Part shown: piece after piece, positions 29,812 through 39,692 of the stretch
Layout of the letters: each line of letters starts with the position of its first letter
Position numbering within the stretch: the stretch's first letter is position 1
Sequence record: NC_047995.1
Reading direction: 5' to 3' (one strand)
Length of the DNA: 64,000 nucleotides
Program-made: the position numbers and the translations under genes
The notes under the pieces: generated by a model
Seen by the model: only the letters and a program-made list of their open reading frames with translations
Databases searched by the model: none
Told to the model about the DNA's origin: nothing

Positions 29812-30612
29812 TTAGAAGCTGTGACCTTTGATGATATCAGCAACCTTGCCGTAGTAGTCAGGGCTGTAGCGGAACACCTGAGCGTAGTAGCTCAACAGCT
29901 TAGACACGTCAACGCCAGCGGCGGCAGACACGCTATCAACCGCAGGGAACTGGTTCGGGTCCAGCTCGTCACCAGACAGAACAGCAACCATAGACATGGA
30001 GCTAATCTGTTCTTCGGTACCTTCCTGATCAACCACCAGCATGGTGTTGTCGTCAGTAACGTTAGCCGCAACGAAACCAATCTTCAACGCGCCTGAGTTA
30101 GACACGAAGCTGACCATGTCACCACCAACAGCAGCAGCCAAAATCGCTTCATTGCGCAGGATAGCCTGAGCCAGTTCAGGACGCTGTGCAGCGAAGTTAA
30201 CGCCAGAAGCACCACTGACAGAACGAATCATATCGATCAGTTCAGCATTGTCGTTCGCAGAGCTATCACGCACCAGAACGTCTTCACCAGACTCGGACTT
30301 GCGCACATGCCACATGCGTTCGCCTTTGTCCATGTACATGTTCTTGGACAGCGCCTGGAACTCGTCACCCATCTGAGACACAGGGATAATATCCTGCATA
30401 CGGTTCAGAATGGTACGCACGAAGCTGGTGGTCTTGCCGCCTTCGATCAGAGTAGAAGCACCCTGAACAGGAAGGTATTCGCGGTTGCACGAAGCAGACA
30501 CGATAGCGCCGAAGTTATCAGCGATGTTCTCACCTTGTGCGTGAGTTACTTGTACGATGGCCACGCTCTGGTTATCGGTGAGCTGGTCAATCTGTTTGAT
30601 GAAAGCCTTCAT
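29812..30612 (-). CDS. Putative virion/head protein with repeated SxSA-like motifs
   Basis: AGGAG RBS (start 30612 or 30618); upstream CTAATTT motif; internal VSAS, SVSGA and SVSAA. Confidence 0.65.
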   Translation of the reverse strand: MKAFIKQIDQLTDNQSVAIVQVTHAQGENIADNFGAIVSASCNREYLPVQGASTLIEGGKTTSFVRTILNRMQDIIPVSQMGDEFQALSKNMYMDKGERMWHVRKSESGEDVLVRDSSANDNAELIDMIRSVSGASGVNFAAQRPELAQAILRNEAILAAAVGGDMVSFVSNSGALKIGFVAANVTDDNTMLVVDQEGTEEQISSMSMVAVLSGDELDPNQFPAVDSVSAAAGVDVSKLLSYYAQVFRYSPDYYGKVADIIKGHSF

Positions 30613-30659
30613 TGTCATCTCCTGAATATTTCGACAATATGAAATTAGTATACTTAGGG

Positions 30660-31823
30660 TTAGCCAGTGACGCGATAACGTGCATTGACCCAGATACTGC
30701 GGTTACCAACAGTAGCCCATTTGGTGGTCGGGCTGTTTGTGATGCCCAGCTTGCCGAGTGAACGTGCCCCGTCAATCGCATTGGCACCCTGAGAACCATC
30801 ACCGTCGTTTATTCCAGCTTTAGACAGTTTGTTCTTCAAGTTTGTAACAGGACCTTGAATCTCGGTCTCGATACGCCCTAAAGCAGATTCGATAGACGGA
30901 GTACGGTCCATGTTTAAGTTGACGACCTGACCAGTGAAGTCAAACGCCAACTGACCTTCTGCTTGCAGTTGAGCAGCAAGCGCGTAATACGACGCGCAGA
31001 TAACCCAACCGTTAAGAATGGTTCCCTGCATGTTCGTACCGTTGAAGCCTGTAACACGAGGACCAATCGTGTTGAACAGCGCAAGGCCACGGTAGAGGTA
31101 GTTCATGATATCTGCCTGAGTGTATTCCAACTCAGGGATAACGTTCATCGCTCGGGCTTTGTTGATATGGTCTTCAACCATCGACGCTGCAATGAGAATC
31201 TGCGGCGTTACGACCCAGAGCTTGTACGTGAACATCTTCGTGGTCTTGCGAGTCTTCGAGGTGTGCTGTGCGATTAAGCTGATAGGCTCCAATCGACGAA
31301 CAGCAACCCACACAGGAATCTGGAACACACAGGTCTTGGCTCGGTTAACGACCATCTTCACACCAGAATCGCCAGAGTCGATATCAGATGCAATGATTTG
31401 GTTATTGAGCGCCAGTTGGAATTTCAGCTTATCGCCACGCGTGTCATAGTGAAACGGCAACGTCATCTCAAACGTTTCGTCGTCACCGAACAGGCACACG
31501 ATATCTGTCACACGGTTTTCAGTCAGTGGCTCAACAATGAGTTCCTGACGAGACTGCATGATTCCTTCTTCGGACTCATAGCGCCAAGAGAGCAGCAGAC
31601 GCTTATCGTCCACCAACCCCATGTTTGGTATAGCAACGTCAGCAGTCCACGAGCCAGGGATTTCCCCAGGCGTTGCGACTACTTGCGCAAGCACTGACTT
31701 ATCTTCGGGATCAATGAGGTTTACGACAGGCCCCATGTCATCCGATAGAGGGTACAGCGGTTCGTCGAGGTCGTTGTAGAACGTTTCCTCGACTACCAGT
31801 ACGTTACCTTCTGTTGTGCGCAT
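30660..31823 (-). CDS. Putative virion structural protein (possible neck/adaptor)
   Basis: Long ORF; start probably ATG 31823, just after the upstream stop; beta-rich N-terminal part and helical C-terminal part; function inferred from context only. Confidence 0.55.
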   Translation of the reverse strand: MRTTEGNVLVVEETFYNDLDEPLYPLSDDMGPVVNLIDPEDKSVLAQVVATPGEIPGSWTADVAIPNMGLVDDKRLLLSWRYESEEGIMQSRQELIVEPLTENRVTDIVCLFGDDETFEMTLPFHYDTRGDKLKFQLALNNQIIASDIDSGDSGVKMVVNRAKTCVFQIPVWVAVRRLEPISLIAQHTSKTRKTTKMFTYKLWVVTPQILIAASMVEDHINKARAMNVIPELEYTQADIMNYLYRGLALFNTIGPRVTGFNGTNMQGTILNGWVICASYYALAAQLQAEGQLAFDFTGQVVNLNMDRTPSIESALGRIETEIQGPVTNLKNKLSKAGINDGDGSQGANAIDGARSLGKLGITNSPTTKWATVGNRSIWVNARYRVTG

Positions 31824-31824
31824 A

Positions 31825-32931
31825 TCAGTCTGCCTTAGTGAGTCCCAGATACTCAATCAAGTTGCGTAGCTGATCGTTATACCCACCTTCGATTAGCGCT
31901 CTCGCCATTGCGACGTGGTTGGAGTTCGCTGTACGCACTACCTTAGCCTGATACTCAGGAACGTTCTGCATGTTCTGACTCAGGTTGTAGAAGTAGCTAC
32001 GCACGAAGTTCGTTCGCTCCACGTTACTCGCTTCCATGTCGCTAGTGTCCTGTGTAGGAGTCAGCAGCAGGTAGAGAGCAGCAAGCAGTTCAGGGCTTTG
32101 GTCAACCATCGGCGATGCAAGAGAAGCAGCAATCTTCATCAGGCCTTTCGCAACGAAGTCAACCACGGTCTTGTCGATGTACGCTGTACCAGACTTGCCA
32201 ACCTTAGGAAGATACAGGCCAGGCAGAATGTAGATGCAGAAATACAGCGGGAAGTCTTTACGCATCACGTCAGAGATAAGCATCTCCGAGTAGTCTTTCC
32301 AGATGTTTGCGTTGAAGTGCCATTCGTCGTAAGGCACGGTACGCATCAGGTTCGACACAGCGAGGTCCTTCACTTGATTCGCCTGCGATGCAAGATCGCG
32401 AACGCTCTGAGAAGGAGTCAAGGACGAACTCGATACCAGTTGAACGTAGTTGCGGGTGACGGCACCCACAGTGTTGTACACAACGTTCAACATCTCAACG
32501 CCGTTACCATTCAGTCCGAAGATAACAGAACGAGGAAGACCGATAGTGATGTACTCGTTGTTATTGTCCTCGCCCCACAAGCGCCAGTATTTCCCGCGTC
32601 CAAGTTGAGTCATAGGAGTAGGGAGAATACGGTTTGCTCGTGATTTCAGGCAGAACGTGAAACAGATACCGCTGTCAATCATGATCACCGAATCATCAGG
32701 ACGATTCGAATAACCCATCGACATTTCGTTGTCGGTGCTGTACACGTTCACCAGCGTGAAGTTCAGCGCCTTTGTGAAAGGCATCTGCGCTTCAATCAAA
32801 TAACCGAGGACTTGGCGCACGATAGTATCAAGCACATATGGACTGGCGTTACGCATTTGTTGCGGACGATACTGCCCGCTGAATGTGTTCGGCTTAAATG
32901 TGCGATCTACCTTGAAGTGCGTCAACGGCAT
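31825..32931 (-). CDS. Hypothetical protein (368 aa)
   Basis: TAATG-type coupling with the upstream gene. Confidence 0.7.
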   Translation of the reverse strand: MPLTHFKVDRTFKPNTFSGQYRPQQMRNASPYVLDTIVRQVLGYLIEAQMPFTKALNFTLVNVYSTDNEMSMGYSNRPDDSVIMIDSGICFTFCLKSRANRILPTPMTQLGRGKYWRLWGEDNNNEYITIGLPRSVIFGLNGNGVEMLNVVYNTVGAVTRNYVQLVSSSSLTPSQSVRDLASQANQVKDLAVSNLMRTVPYDEWHFNANIWKDYSEMLISDVMRKDFPLYFCIYILPGLYLPKVGKSGTAYIDKTVVDFVAKGLMKIAASLASPMVDQSPELLAALYLLLTPTQDTSDMEASNVERTNFVRSYFYNLSQNMQNVPEYQAKVVRTANSNHVAMARALIEGGYNDQLRNLIEYLGLTKAD

Positions 32932-34220
32932 TACTTAACCGATTGCTTGAGCAAACGTTTCTGCGCTGGGTTCAGGCCCATGACCTCTGAGATTTCATCA
33001 ATCTTACGCAGAGTCAGGACACCCTTAGCAGTACCGCCAGAACCTGTCAGGCTGATCTTAACCAGTTCACGTCCGTTACGACCGTTGACGATCTGATGGA
33101 TAACGCTGTTCTTACCGCCACGCCCTGCGCGAAGTACGGTAGACGCCATGCCCAGGATTTCAGTGATAGCTTCTTTCTTCTCGGTAGGACTAAGGCCCGG
33201 TACCAGACGAACATACAGGCTATCGTTCTGCACACGCACGTTGTCGAAGATCTCTTTCTTACGACCGCGAATCATGTGCTGCGCATTACCCAGCTGAGTG
33301 GTGTCACGCAGGTTCTGAGTAGTACGGTTAATCGGTTTACGCTCGCTGTAGTTCAGGAAGCCGTCAACAGCCATAAGCTGGTTGATAGTACGCTTCATTT
33401 CTGGAGCAGTACCAATCAGACGACCCATAGGGAACGAGCCAGGAACTTTCTCATCCACCAGCGAAGTCAGGAAGTTTTCGCTGATACCAGAAGCAACCGC
33501 GATCGTGGTAGACAGCACCAGTGCGTAGTTCGGGTAATGCAGGCCGTCAGAGTTCACGAAGTTATCAATGAACACATAGGTCTGGAAGCAGATAGGGTCA
33601 GTACCAGAAGCGATGAAGGTACGTGTACGAATCTTCGAATAGTCTTCTTTATTCAGAATCTTCGACAGGTAGTTCGCAATCGTTGCGGCAAGTTTGGTGT
33701 GCTCTTTAGGCGCGCCATTCTTAACGTCGATGCTCATGAGGCGTACCAGTTTTTGCTGCTGGTCTTTAGCCTGCTCGATGACGCTCAACAGGGACTTAGC
33801 GGCTGCGTTCTGATCTTTGAATGCGCTGAAAGTCTTGCTGCTGAGAATCTGATAAGCAACGGACAGTTCACCAATCGCCTGAGACAGTTGGCTCACTTGA
33901 TTGTTGTACTGCGCTTTACTGCGGACGTCGGAGATATCAATCTTAGACAGGTCGATAACCTGATTCAGATCGATAGCCTTGGCCTGTTTACCTTTGATAG
34001 TACCTTCGAGGTCTGCGAGTTCAACCGCTTTAGGGCTAGCACTAACAGACAGGAGTTTCTTCGGGATAACGACCGAAGTGGCCTGAGAGATTACAGCGTC
34101 GAGCACGTTGCGGAACTCTTTCGCTGTACGCGCCTGACGTAATGCAGTCATATTCCCAGAGCCATAGTCAACAGATGCGCTGATGCTGCTAACTTCATTG
34201 TTTTTGGCAGTCTTAGCCAT
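32931..34220 (-). CDS. Hypothetical protein, probably virion-associated, with SISA/SVSA motifs
   Basis: GAGG RBS; upstream CTAATTT motif; EVSSISASVD and LLSVSASP. Confidence 0.7.
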   Translation of the reverse strand: MAKTAKNNEVSSISASVDYGSGNMTALRQARTAKEFRNVLDAVISQATSVVIPKKLLSVSASPKAVELADLEGTIKGKQAKAIDLNQVIDLSKIDISDVRSKAQYNNQVSQLSQAIGELSVAYQILSSKTFSAFKDQNAAAKSLLSVIEQAKDQQQKLVRLMSIDVKNGAPKEHTKLAATIANYLSKILNKEDYSKIRTRTFIASGTDPICFQTYVFIDNFVNSDGLHYPNYALVLSTTIAVASGISENFLTSLVDEKVPGSFPMGRLIGTAPEMKRTINQLMAVDGFLNYSERKPINRTTQNLRDTTQLGNAQHMIRGRKKEIFDNVRVQNDSLYVRLVPGLSPTEKKEAITEILGMASTVLRAGRGGKNSVIHQIVNGRNGRELVKISLTGSGGTAKGVLTLRKIDEISEVMGLNPAQKRLLKQSVK

Positions 34221-34332
34221 GATCATCCTCTACTGGGTCTAGTATTCATGTCGAGTAAAAATTAGCGACTAAGGGCCGTTTTGCCCGACATAGTTCTCGC
34301 ATAGACTTTACAAATTTTAGGCATTGGAATAC

Positions 34333-34362
34333 AAAAAGGGGCAGCCGAAGCCACCCCTTTTT
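34333..34362 (-). terminator. Rho-independent terminator, UUCG loop (possibly bidirectional)
   Basis: AAAAAGGGGCAGCCGAAGCCACCCCTTTTT: A-tract and T-tract on both sides. Confidence 0.85.
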
Positions 34363-34392
34363 GTTTGCGTAACGTCCTACCGACCAGGTCGA

Positions 34393-35058
34393 TTAAACAG
34401 TCACTTTACCTTTTTTCTTGGTCTTAGCAGCTTTCTTACCAGCCGCTTTCTGCGCCGCAGTACCAGTGTGCTTCACAGCCTTAGCAGTGGTTTCTTTACC
34501 ACCTTTCAGGCGCGGCATTGGTTTCAGCTTAGGCTTAACCAGAGTTACGGTTTTCGGCTGAACTTTTGGAGTTACCAGCTTACCGTCTTTGATGCCAGGC
34601 TTACGAGCTTTACGCGCGGCCAGACGAGCTTTCTGCTTCATGATCAGGTTTTTGTAGCTTGCTTTCTGCTTGGCAGCCAGGTTGCTTTTCGCAACGGATT
34701 GGCGACGCAGCAGCAGCTTACGTACGGTAGCCTGAGACTTGGCAGTGTTTTTCAGACCAGCCTGGTATTTAGCCAGACGCTCTTTCAGGCGCTGCTCGAT
34801 AGACTTCGCTTTACCTTTTGCTTTCTGCTTACGCAGGTGGGTAGAGCGCTCACCGTCGAATTTTTTCTCGGCGGCGGTTTTCTTTGCAGCAGCTTTCTTC
34901 GGCTTAGCAGCCTTAGGTGCAGCGGCTTTCTTCGGCTTAGCAGCCTTAGGTGCAGCAGCTTTTTTAGCAGCAGGCTTTTTGGTACCTTTTGCTTTCTTAG
35001 CTTTGGAACCGCCTTTAACCGGGTCGGTCGGGGAAGTCAGTTTACGTTGTACGGCCAT
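34393..35058 (-). CDS. Histone H1-like Lys/Ala/Pro-rich DNA-binding protein
   Basis: KKPAAKKAAAPKAAKPKKAAAPKAAKPKKAAAKK; very basic; GAGG RBS. Confidence 0.8.
   Translation of the reverse strand: MAVQRKLTSPTDPVKGGSKAKKAKGTKKPAAKKAAAPKAAKPKKAAAPKAAKPKKAAAKKTAAEKKFDGERSTHLRKQKAKGKAKSIEQRLKERLAKYQAGLKNTAKSQATVRKLLLRRQSVAKSNLAAKQKASYKNLIMKQKARLAARKARKPGIKDGKLVTPKVQPKTVTLVKPKLKPMPRLKGGKETTAKAVKHTGTAAQKAAGKKAAKTKKKGKVTV
34892..34956. repeat. 33-bp-period tandem duplication encoding KKAAAPKAAKP twice
   Basis: gctttcttcggcttagcagccttaggtgcagc at 34892 and again at 34925. Confidence 0.9.
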
Positions 35059-35176
35059 GGTTGTATCCTCAAGTTACAATTGAAACTTCGTCCTGTGGAC
35101 ATTAAGTTTTTGAAATCAGCATGTAAAAATTAGTATAATCTTCCTGGGTTTGTGCAGGAAATTTCCTAAAAACTTT

Positions 35177-36250
35177 TTACATTGCAGCATACCCTATTTC
35201 AGATAACACCGCGTTAAGTTCCTTGCGGGCACTAACTCGCAAAGACTTTTTAATTCCCGAAGCCTTCAGGTAATCCTTTAGGCCATCGCGTGGGTCAATG
35301 TCCGCGAGCGTTAACTCGCTAACATCAACTGTATCTATATTATCGAGATCAACGCGTTTATTCGTGGAATTTATTTGGGAAATATTTGGGACGCGAGTAC
35401 GAATATCTGCGGGAATCGACACGGTATCTTTAACGATAACACGGTAACGAATCGCAGGGTTTACCTCAAGGCGTGACCAATCCTTTTGGTTTTCAATCAT
35501 AACGGTTTCGAGTCTAAAGCCAGGCTTACTATCAACAAACTTCCGCTTAACCACCAGCTCTTTGCTCTTATACTGAGCACGGATATGAATGAATCCTTTC
35601 GGCAACGCCTCGCCAAAGGTCTTCTGATACGGAGAGCCGCAATACTCGAAGCGCTTCTTCTCCAGTACTTGCGCCAAGTGAATGTGACCGCTTATCGTAT
35701 AGTCACGTGGGTCAACCCTGATATCGTGTTTCGCTTTAAGGGGACGACCGTTGTCACCCAGAGCACCAACAGCTTCTACGTGACAGAAGTTCAGGCACGG
35801 CTTCTTATGCTTAATGCTTTCCTGTGCAGGGTGCGGCAGGAAGTTCACAACGATGCCGTCAATCTCTACCTGCTCAGGACGGAGGTAGATGTGCAGCGAC
35901 TTGAGGAAGTCCCACTCGCAGAATGTTTTGATAAGGTCCATACTGGTGTTCGACATATCCGCCCAGTCATGGTTGCCGCCACAGTACCAAGTGTCGATGA
36001 TACCTTCGTACTTGAGGAAGAACTGGAGCAGCTTGCGTTTAGTCTCGTCGTCCATCTTGAACTTATCAGTGATATCACCTGGAACGAATACGTGGCGAAT
36101 GCCGTGCTCCAGTGCATACTGATAGATGCGGTCAATCGTTTCTAGTTGACGGTCAACGTGATCGACAGGGAAGTGATTAGCGAGTCCTTCGAAGTGCCAG
36201 TCAGCAGTCACAAGAGCTTCGAGGAATGCCGCTACTTTGTTCTTTTTCAT
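35177..36250 (-). CDS. sbcD: SbcD/Mre11/gp47-like metallophosphoesterase nuclease
   Basis: TADWH, PGDITD, GGNHD, CHVE and SGHIH motifs. Confidence 0.88.
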   Translation of the reverse strand: MKKNKVAAFLEALVTADWHFEGLANHFPVDHVDRQLETIDRIYQYALEHGIRHVFVPGDITDKFKMDDETKRKLLQFFLKYEGIIDTWYCGGNHDWADMSNTSMDLIKTFCEWDFLKSLHIYLRPEQVEIDGIVVNFLPHPAQESIKHKKPCLNFCHVEAVGALGDNGRPLKAKHDIRVDPRDYTISGHIHLAQVLEKKRFEYCGSPYQKTFGEALPKGFIHIRAQYKSKELVVKRKFVDSKPGFRLETVMIENQKDWSRLEVNPAIRYRVIVKDTVSIPADIRTRVPNISQINSTNKRVDLDNIDTVDVSELTLADIDPRDGLKDYLKASGIKKSLRVSARKELNAVLSEIGYAAM

Positions 36251-36279
36251 CAGTGTAATCCGCAGGTTTCAATGACTGC

Positions 36280-36288
36280 TATTTACAG
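36280..36288 (-). promoter_or_regulatory. Class A motif CTGTAAATA upstream of the SbcD-like gene
   Basis: 30 nt upstream of the ATG, just downstream of a terminator. Confidence 0.6.
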
Positions 36289-36316
36289 AAAAATGGGCAG
36301 CCGAAGCCACCCATTT
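36289..36316 (-). terminator. Rho-independent terminator, UUCG loop
   Basis: Minus strand AAATGGGTGGC-TTCG-GCTGCCCATTTTT. Confidence 0.85.
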
Positions 36317-36320
36317 GGTT

Positions 36321-38210
36321 TTATTTCTTGGCTTTCATCTTCGCCCTGTAGGCTTTAGCGTCGGCGCGCATCTCGTCAACCTGTTCCAGAGCTTCCTGCA
36401 TGCCTAGCTCAAGAGCACGGTTAATGATAGCCTGTCTGATCACCTCAGGAGATTGCTGAGAGTCAACAAGCAAGTAGATAGCAGAGCGAGACATGTTAGA
36501 AGAATCAGGATAGAGTTCTTCCGCAGCCTGCTGGAGCATATCATCGCCCATGACCTTGTAGCGCAGCTTGGCTCGTTCCGATGCAGTCAGCTTCGGCTTA
36601 GTCAAGTTCGCTAAAGCCTCTTTCATCTTAGGATTGAAGTCTTCTCGGTCGTCGAGAGATATGACCTTTTCACCTTCGAATACGCGAGTCGCCACGCGAT
36701 AGTAAGAGCCTGTCAGCATGTCCTTGTGTCGGCGCAAACTTTCGAGTGTCGCAGCAGGGCACTTTGGGTTCTGTGCAGCAAGTGATGCAATGGCCGGCGT
36801 CAACACGTAGTCACGATAGGAGCTACTGTTTTCTTCGCCGAACTCCTCGTCCACGTACTGGGTCTGTGTACGAGCCGAGTTGATACGACACGCGTTGTAC
36901 CAGAACATCTGCTCGGGGTTCTTGGAGTACTTGGCGAAAGACCAAATCTCAGACAGAGCGGCAGGGAATGCACCGTTAACAATAGCGCTTTGCGTATCAC
37001 GATACAGGTCCATTTCACCGAGATTCGCATCAAGGAAACTATCGCGCTGGGCATTCGGTATAGCGTCAATAAACATCGAGAGCGCTTGTGGTTTTCCTGA
37101 CAGATACTCCCACACTTTGGACATAACGGCATCGTCAAGCACGAAGTTTTTGAACAGCACATCAAAGAAACGACGAAGTTCAGTGAAGTGTCCGCCTGCC
37201 ACCAGTTCCGCAGTACATCGTTGATAGAAACGAGGCTGTCCCCATTTCTTCTGCGCCAGCATAGTAGCAATCTGAGGATGACGTTCCATGTACTGGAGAG
37301 CGGAGTCTTCTGCGTCTTTGGACTTAGTAGTCACCAGACGCTCAACGAAACCATTCACGTCATTACGCAGCATAGGACCTTCAACGTCATAGTCGAATGT
37401 GTCATGGCGTTGGTCGACGTACAGCTTGCTGCCCAGTTCGAACACGCCTTTGCGTTCTGTGGTTGCGATGAATGGATTGATTTGTTCGTTCAACCAATCT
37501 TGCAGCGTGTGGACGAAAGGCATCTTAGAATCTGGATATGCGAACTCAACCAGATACAGCGCATTCACTTTCTCTGAGCCTACGAAGCGTTCAGAGGCTT
37601 TCGCTTTCTGGCGCTGGAAGAATGGCTTAGCGAGGCAACGTGCGATAGGCTTGTTGATGTTCTTATCCTGAGGTTCAATCAGATAAGCAATCAGCGTACC
37701 ACCAGCAATGTCCTGCTTAACGTACTTCTTGTTTGAACCTGTTTTCAAGTTCATGCAGCTCACCCAACCACGATCGGTACTCATGCCTGCGATATCATAC
37801 GGGTGCATGGAGATACAGATCAGCTGGTGGTTGCGCGTTGCGTTGACGAGTGACTTACGCTTAGGGTCGGAGTCAAACATCTTCTTGAGGTCAGGGTCCT
37901 TCGCAAGGTACTTACCGATCTTAACGATACGACCATGCGAGTCCTTGCCTGTGCCAGCAACGTAGTCCACCAGCACGATGTTCTTTTCCATAAGAGCATC
38001 AACGATCTCAACAGGCGCTACAACACCTTGCGTGACGTTCTTGATCACTGCGTCGGTCTTGGCGTCGATGTAAATGCGCATCGCCTTGTGACCTTTCTTG
38101 CCGCTAATCTTTTCAAACAGCTTGAGCAGCGTAGGATTGGGCTTCCATCCCTTTCTGTATTTGCGATACATTGAAGGAGGCAGAGCCGATAAGCTAACCA
38201 TTAATTCCAT
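36321..38210 (-). CDS. Hypothetical protein (629 aa) with an N-terminal VSLSA motif
   Basis: MELMVSLSALP start; ISMHPYDIAGMSTDRGWVSCM block; helical-repeat-like C-terminus; upstream CTAATTT. Confidence 0.75.
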   Translation of the reverse strand: MELMVSLSALPPSMYRKYRKGWKPNPTLLKLFEKISGKKGHKAMRIYIDAKTDAVIKNVTQGVVAPVEIVDALMEKNIVLVDYVAGTGKDSHGRIVKIGKYLAKDPDLKKMFDSDPKRKSLVNATRNHQLICISMHPYDIAGMSTDRGWVSCMNLKTGSNKKYVKQDIAGGTLIAYLIEPQDKNINKPIARCLAKPFFQRQKAKASERFVGSEKVNALYLVEFAYPDSKMPFVHTLQDWLNEQINPFIATTERKGVFELGSKLYVDQRHDTFDYDVEGPMLRNDVNGFVERLVTTKSKDAEDSALQYMERHPQIATMLAQKKWGQPRFYQRCTAELVAGGHFTELRRFFDVLFKNFVLDDAVMSKVWEYLSGKPQALSMFIDAIPNAQRDSFLDANLGEMDLYRDTQSAIVNGAFPAALSEIWSFAKYSKNPEQMFWYNACRINSARTQTQYVDEEFGEENSSSYRDYVLTPAIASLAAQNPKCPAATLESLRRHKDMLTGSYYRVATRVFEGEKVISLDDREDFNPKMKEALANLTKPKLTASERAKLRYKVMGDDMLQQAAEELYPDSSNMSRSAIYLLVDSQQSPEVIRQAIINRALELGMQEALEQVDEMRADAKAYRAKMKAKK

Positions 38211-38241
38211 GATGTTCTCTTTGTTCTGAATGTCGTGCTAA

Positions 38242-38248
38242 AAATTAG
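38242..38248 (-). promoter_or_regulatory. Class B motif CTAATTT
   Basis: CGCTAATTTT context, about 32 nt upstream of the ATG, downstream of a terminator. Confidence 0.55.
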
Positions 38249-38260
38249 CGTTGAAATGAC

Positions 38261-38282
38261 AAACGCCCCGTTAGGAGCGTTT
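38261..38282 (-). terminator. Probable terminator hairpin, TAAC loop
   Basis: Minus strand AAACGCTCC-TAAC-GGGGCGTTT. Confidence 0.7.
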
Positions 38283-38285
38283 TCA

Positions 38286-39155
38286 TCATAAAGACAACGA
38301 ATGTGTCCAACCTTTCGGCGCGACACGTAGGTTTGTTCCTGGCTCTATATCAGTCTTGCTAGGCTCAAAGTCTTTATCGTCCAGCACAAACATTGTGCTG
38401 TCTTGAACGTGAATCATACGATCTAAATTCACGATTTCAGGAGGGTCCGAACTCAAAAAGCGCAACGTATGTTCTTTAAGAGGAATATGCACCTGTCTAA
38501 GATAAGACATAACTGGTCCCCCAAAGTAAACGAATCTAGGAACAGCGCCGTGAGTAAAATCAATGTTACGCACGACGTCCTGAATAGCATAGTTATATTG
38601 ACCACTAATATTTGAAAGAGGTGCTCGCATGGTCAGGTCTAACTCCACACCAGACTCTCCATTCATCATAGAGTTCGAAGTGTTGCCATAATACGAGGCT
38701 CCAAGTCCTTGTGCGTATACAGGAGCACATCGAACGGTGAACGTTCTGTTCTTATATTTTTCTGTCACCGTATATAAGGTATGCGTCTGACCAGTAGAGC
38801 CACTAGGTACAGTCGCGTATGTATACGCAGGGTCATCTGAGATTATTCTTGGGTAAGGGACAACAGTGGTATTCGAGGAAAACAAAGCAGTCAATGTAGG
38901 CACAGGGTAATCAGCAGCCATACGAAACGGCATTGTGTTCGCGTATATCGTGCCGTCATTTGCAACACCTTGAACAGGAGTTGTTATTCCCAACATAGTT
39001 GCAGCAGATAGACAGGCTCTGGCCGTACGCATCATATTTGGAACAGAGTTTATATCCATCTCCCCTTTCGAGGAGTCGTACAGAAAGTTCCAGCGCAGCC
39101 TATCAGACCGTGCAGGAAACTTCCTAAAGTCAGGTTGAGCACAACAGTATTGCAT
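38286..39155 (-). CDS. 'MQY' paralogue family member 1 (289 aa)
   Basis: MQY start, FLYD, AR..LG and C-terminal LDDKDF...PG motifs shared with three other ORFs. Confidence 0.7.
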   Translation of the reverse strand: MQYCCAQPDFRKFPARSDRLRWNFLYDSSKGEMDINSVPNMMRTARACLSAATMLGITTPVQGVANDGTIYANTMPFRMAADYPVPTLTALFSSNTTVVPYPRIISDDPAYTYATVPSGSTGQTHTLYTVTEKYKNRTFTVRCAPVYAQGLGASYYGNTSNSMMNGESGVELDLTMRAPLSNISGQYNYAIQDVVRNIDFTHGAVPRFVYFGGPVMSYLRQVHIPLKEHTLRFLSSDPPEIVNLDRMIHVQDSTMFVLDDKDFEPSKTDIEPGTNLRVAPKGWTHSLSL

Positions 39156-39156
39156 A

Positions 39157-39675
39157 TCATGTCCTTTTCAGGCGCTCGTTATATCGTTGCCAGTCTTTCC
39201 ACCAGTACTCGACCGACTTACCGGTACGAAGCGCATAGTCGATGCAGTTCTGTGTCCCAGAAGGAGCACCACAACAAAGAGAAGCAAGACGGTCAGTGTT
39301 ATCGACCATGTAGTGGTTGCGCTTATTTAGTGCGAACACCTCTTGGCCGTCCATATGTACCCAGTCCTCTTTGGACGTCACGATACGGACTTCATGGCTT
39401 TTGTTCAACAGACCGTCAAGCTCAAATATGCTCGACATTTTCCAGAGCTTGTTGAATCCTAAGAAAGGCAAACAGGACACAACACGGTGTCCTTGCTCGA
39501 TAGCAGCAGTGGCGATTGCCATGTCAAAGCCGAGAGCGCAACCAACCCAAATTTCAGTGTCTGCCTCAAGACGTAGCATTCGTCTGTGCGCGAAAGTATA
39601 GAGGCGACGTTTTGCCTCAGGGCCAAAGCCGCCTAGATACTGCGGACGATGACCTGTAAAGGATATTTTTTCCAT
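39157..39675 (-). CDS. SLOG-superfamily YspA-like (DUF1273) protein
   Basis: KISFTGHRP, GCALGFDMAIA, KRNHYMVDNTD and GTQNCIDYA are typical YspA motifs. Confidence 0.85.
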   Translation of the reverse strand: MEKISFTGHRPQYLGGFGPEAKRRLYTFAHRRMLRLEADTEIWVGCALGFDMAIATAAIEQGHRVVSCLPFLGFNKLWKMSSIFELDGLLNKSHEVRIVTSKEDWVHMDGQEVFALNKRNHYMVDNTDRLASLCCGAPSGTQNCIDYALRTGKSVEYWWKDWQRYNERLKRT

Positions 39676-39692
39676 ACAGGTCATTTACAGCA

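Noticed and set aside
34860-34990. Possible CRISPR-like repeat array
   Set aside because: The 33-bp duplication is contiguous, has no spacers and encodes the Lys/Ala repeat of the H1-like protein
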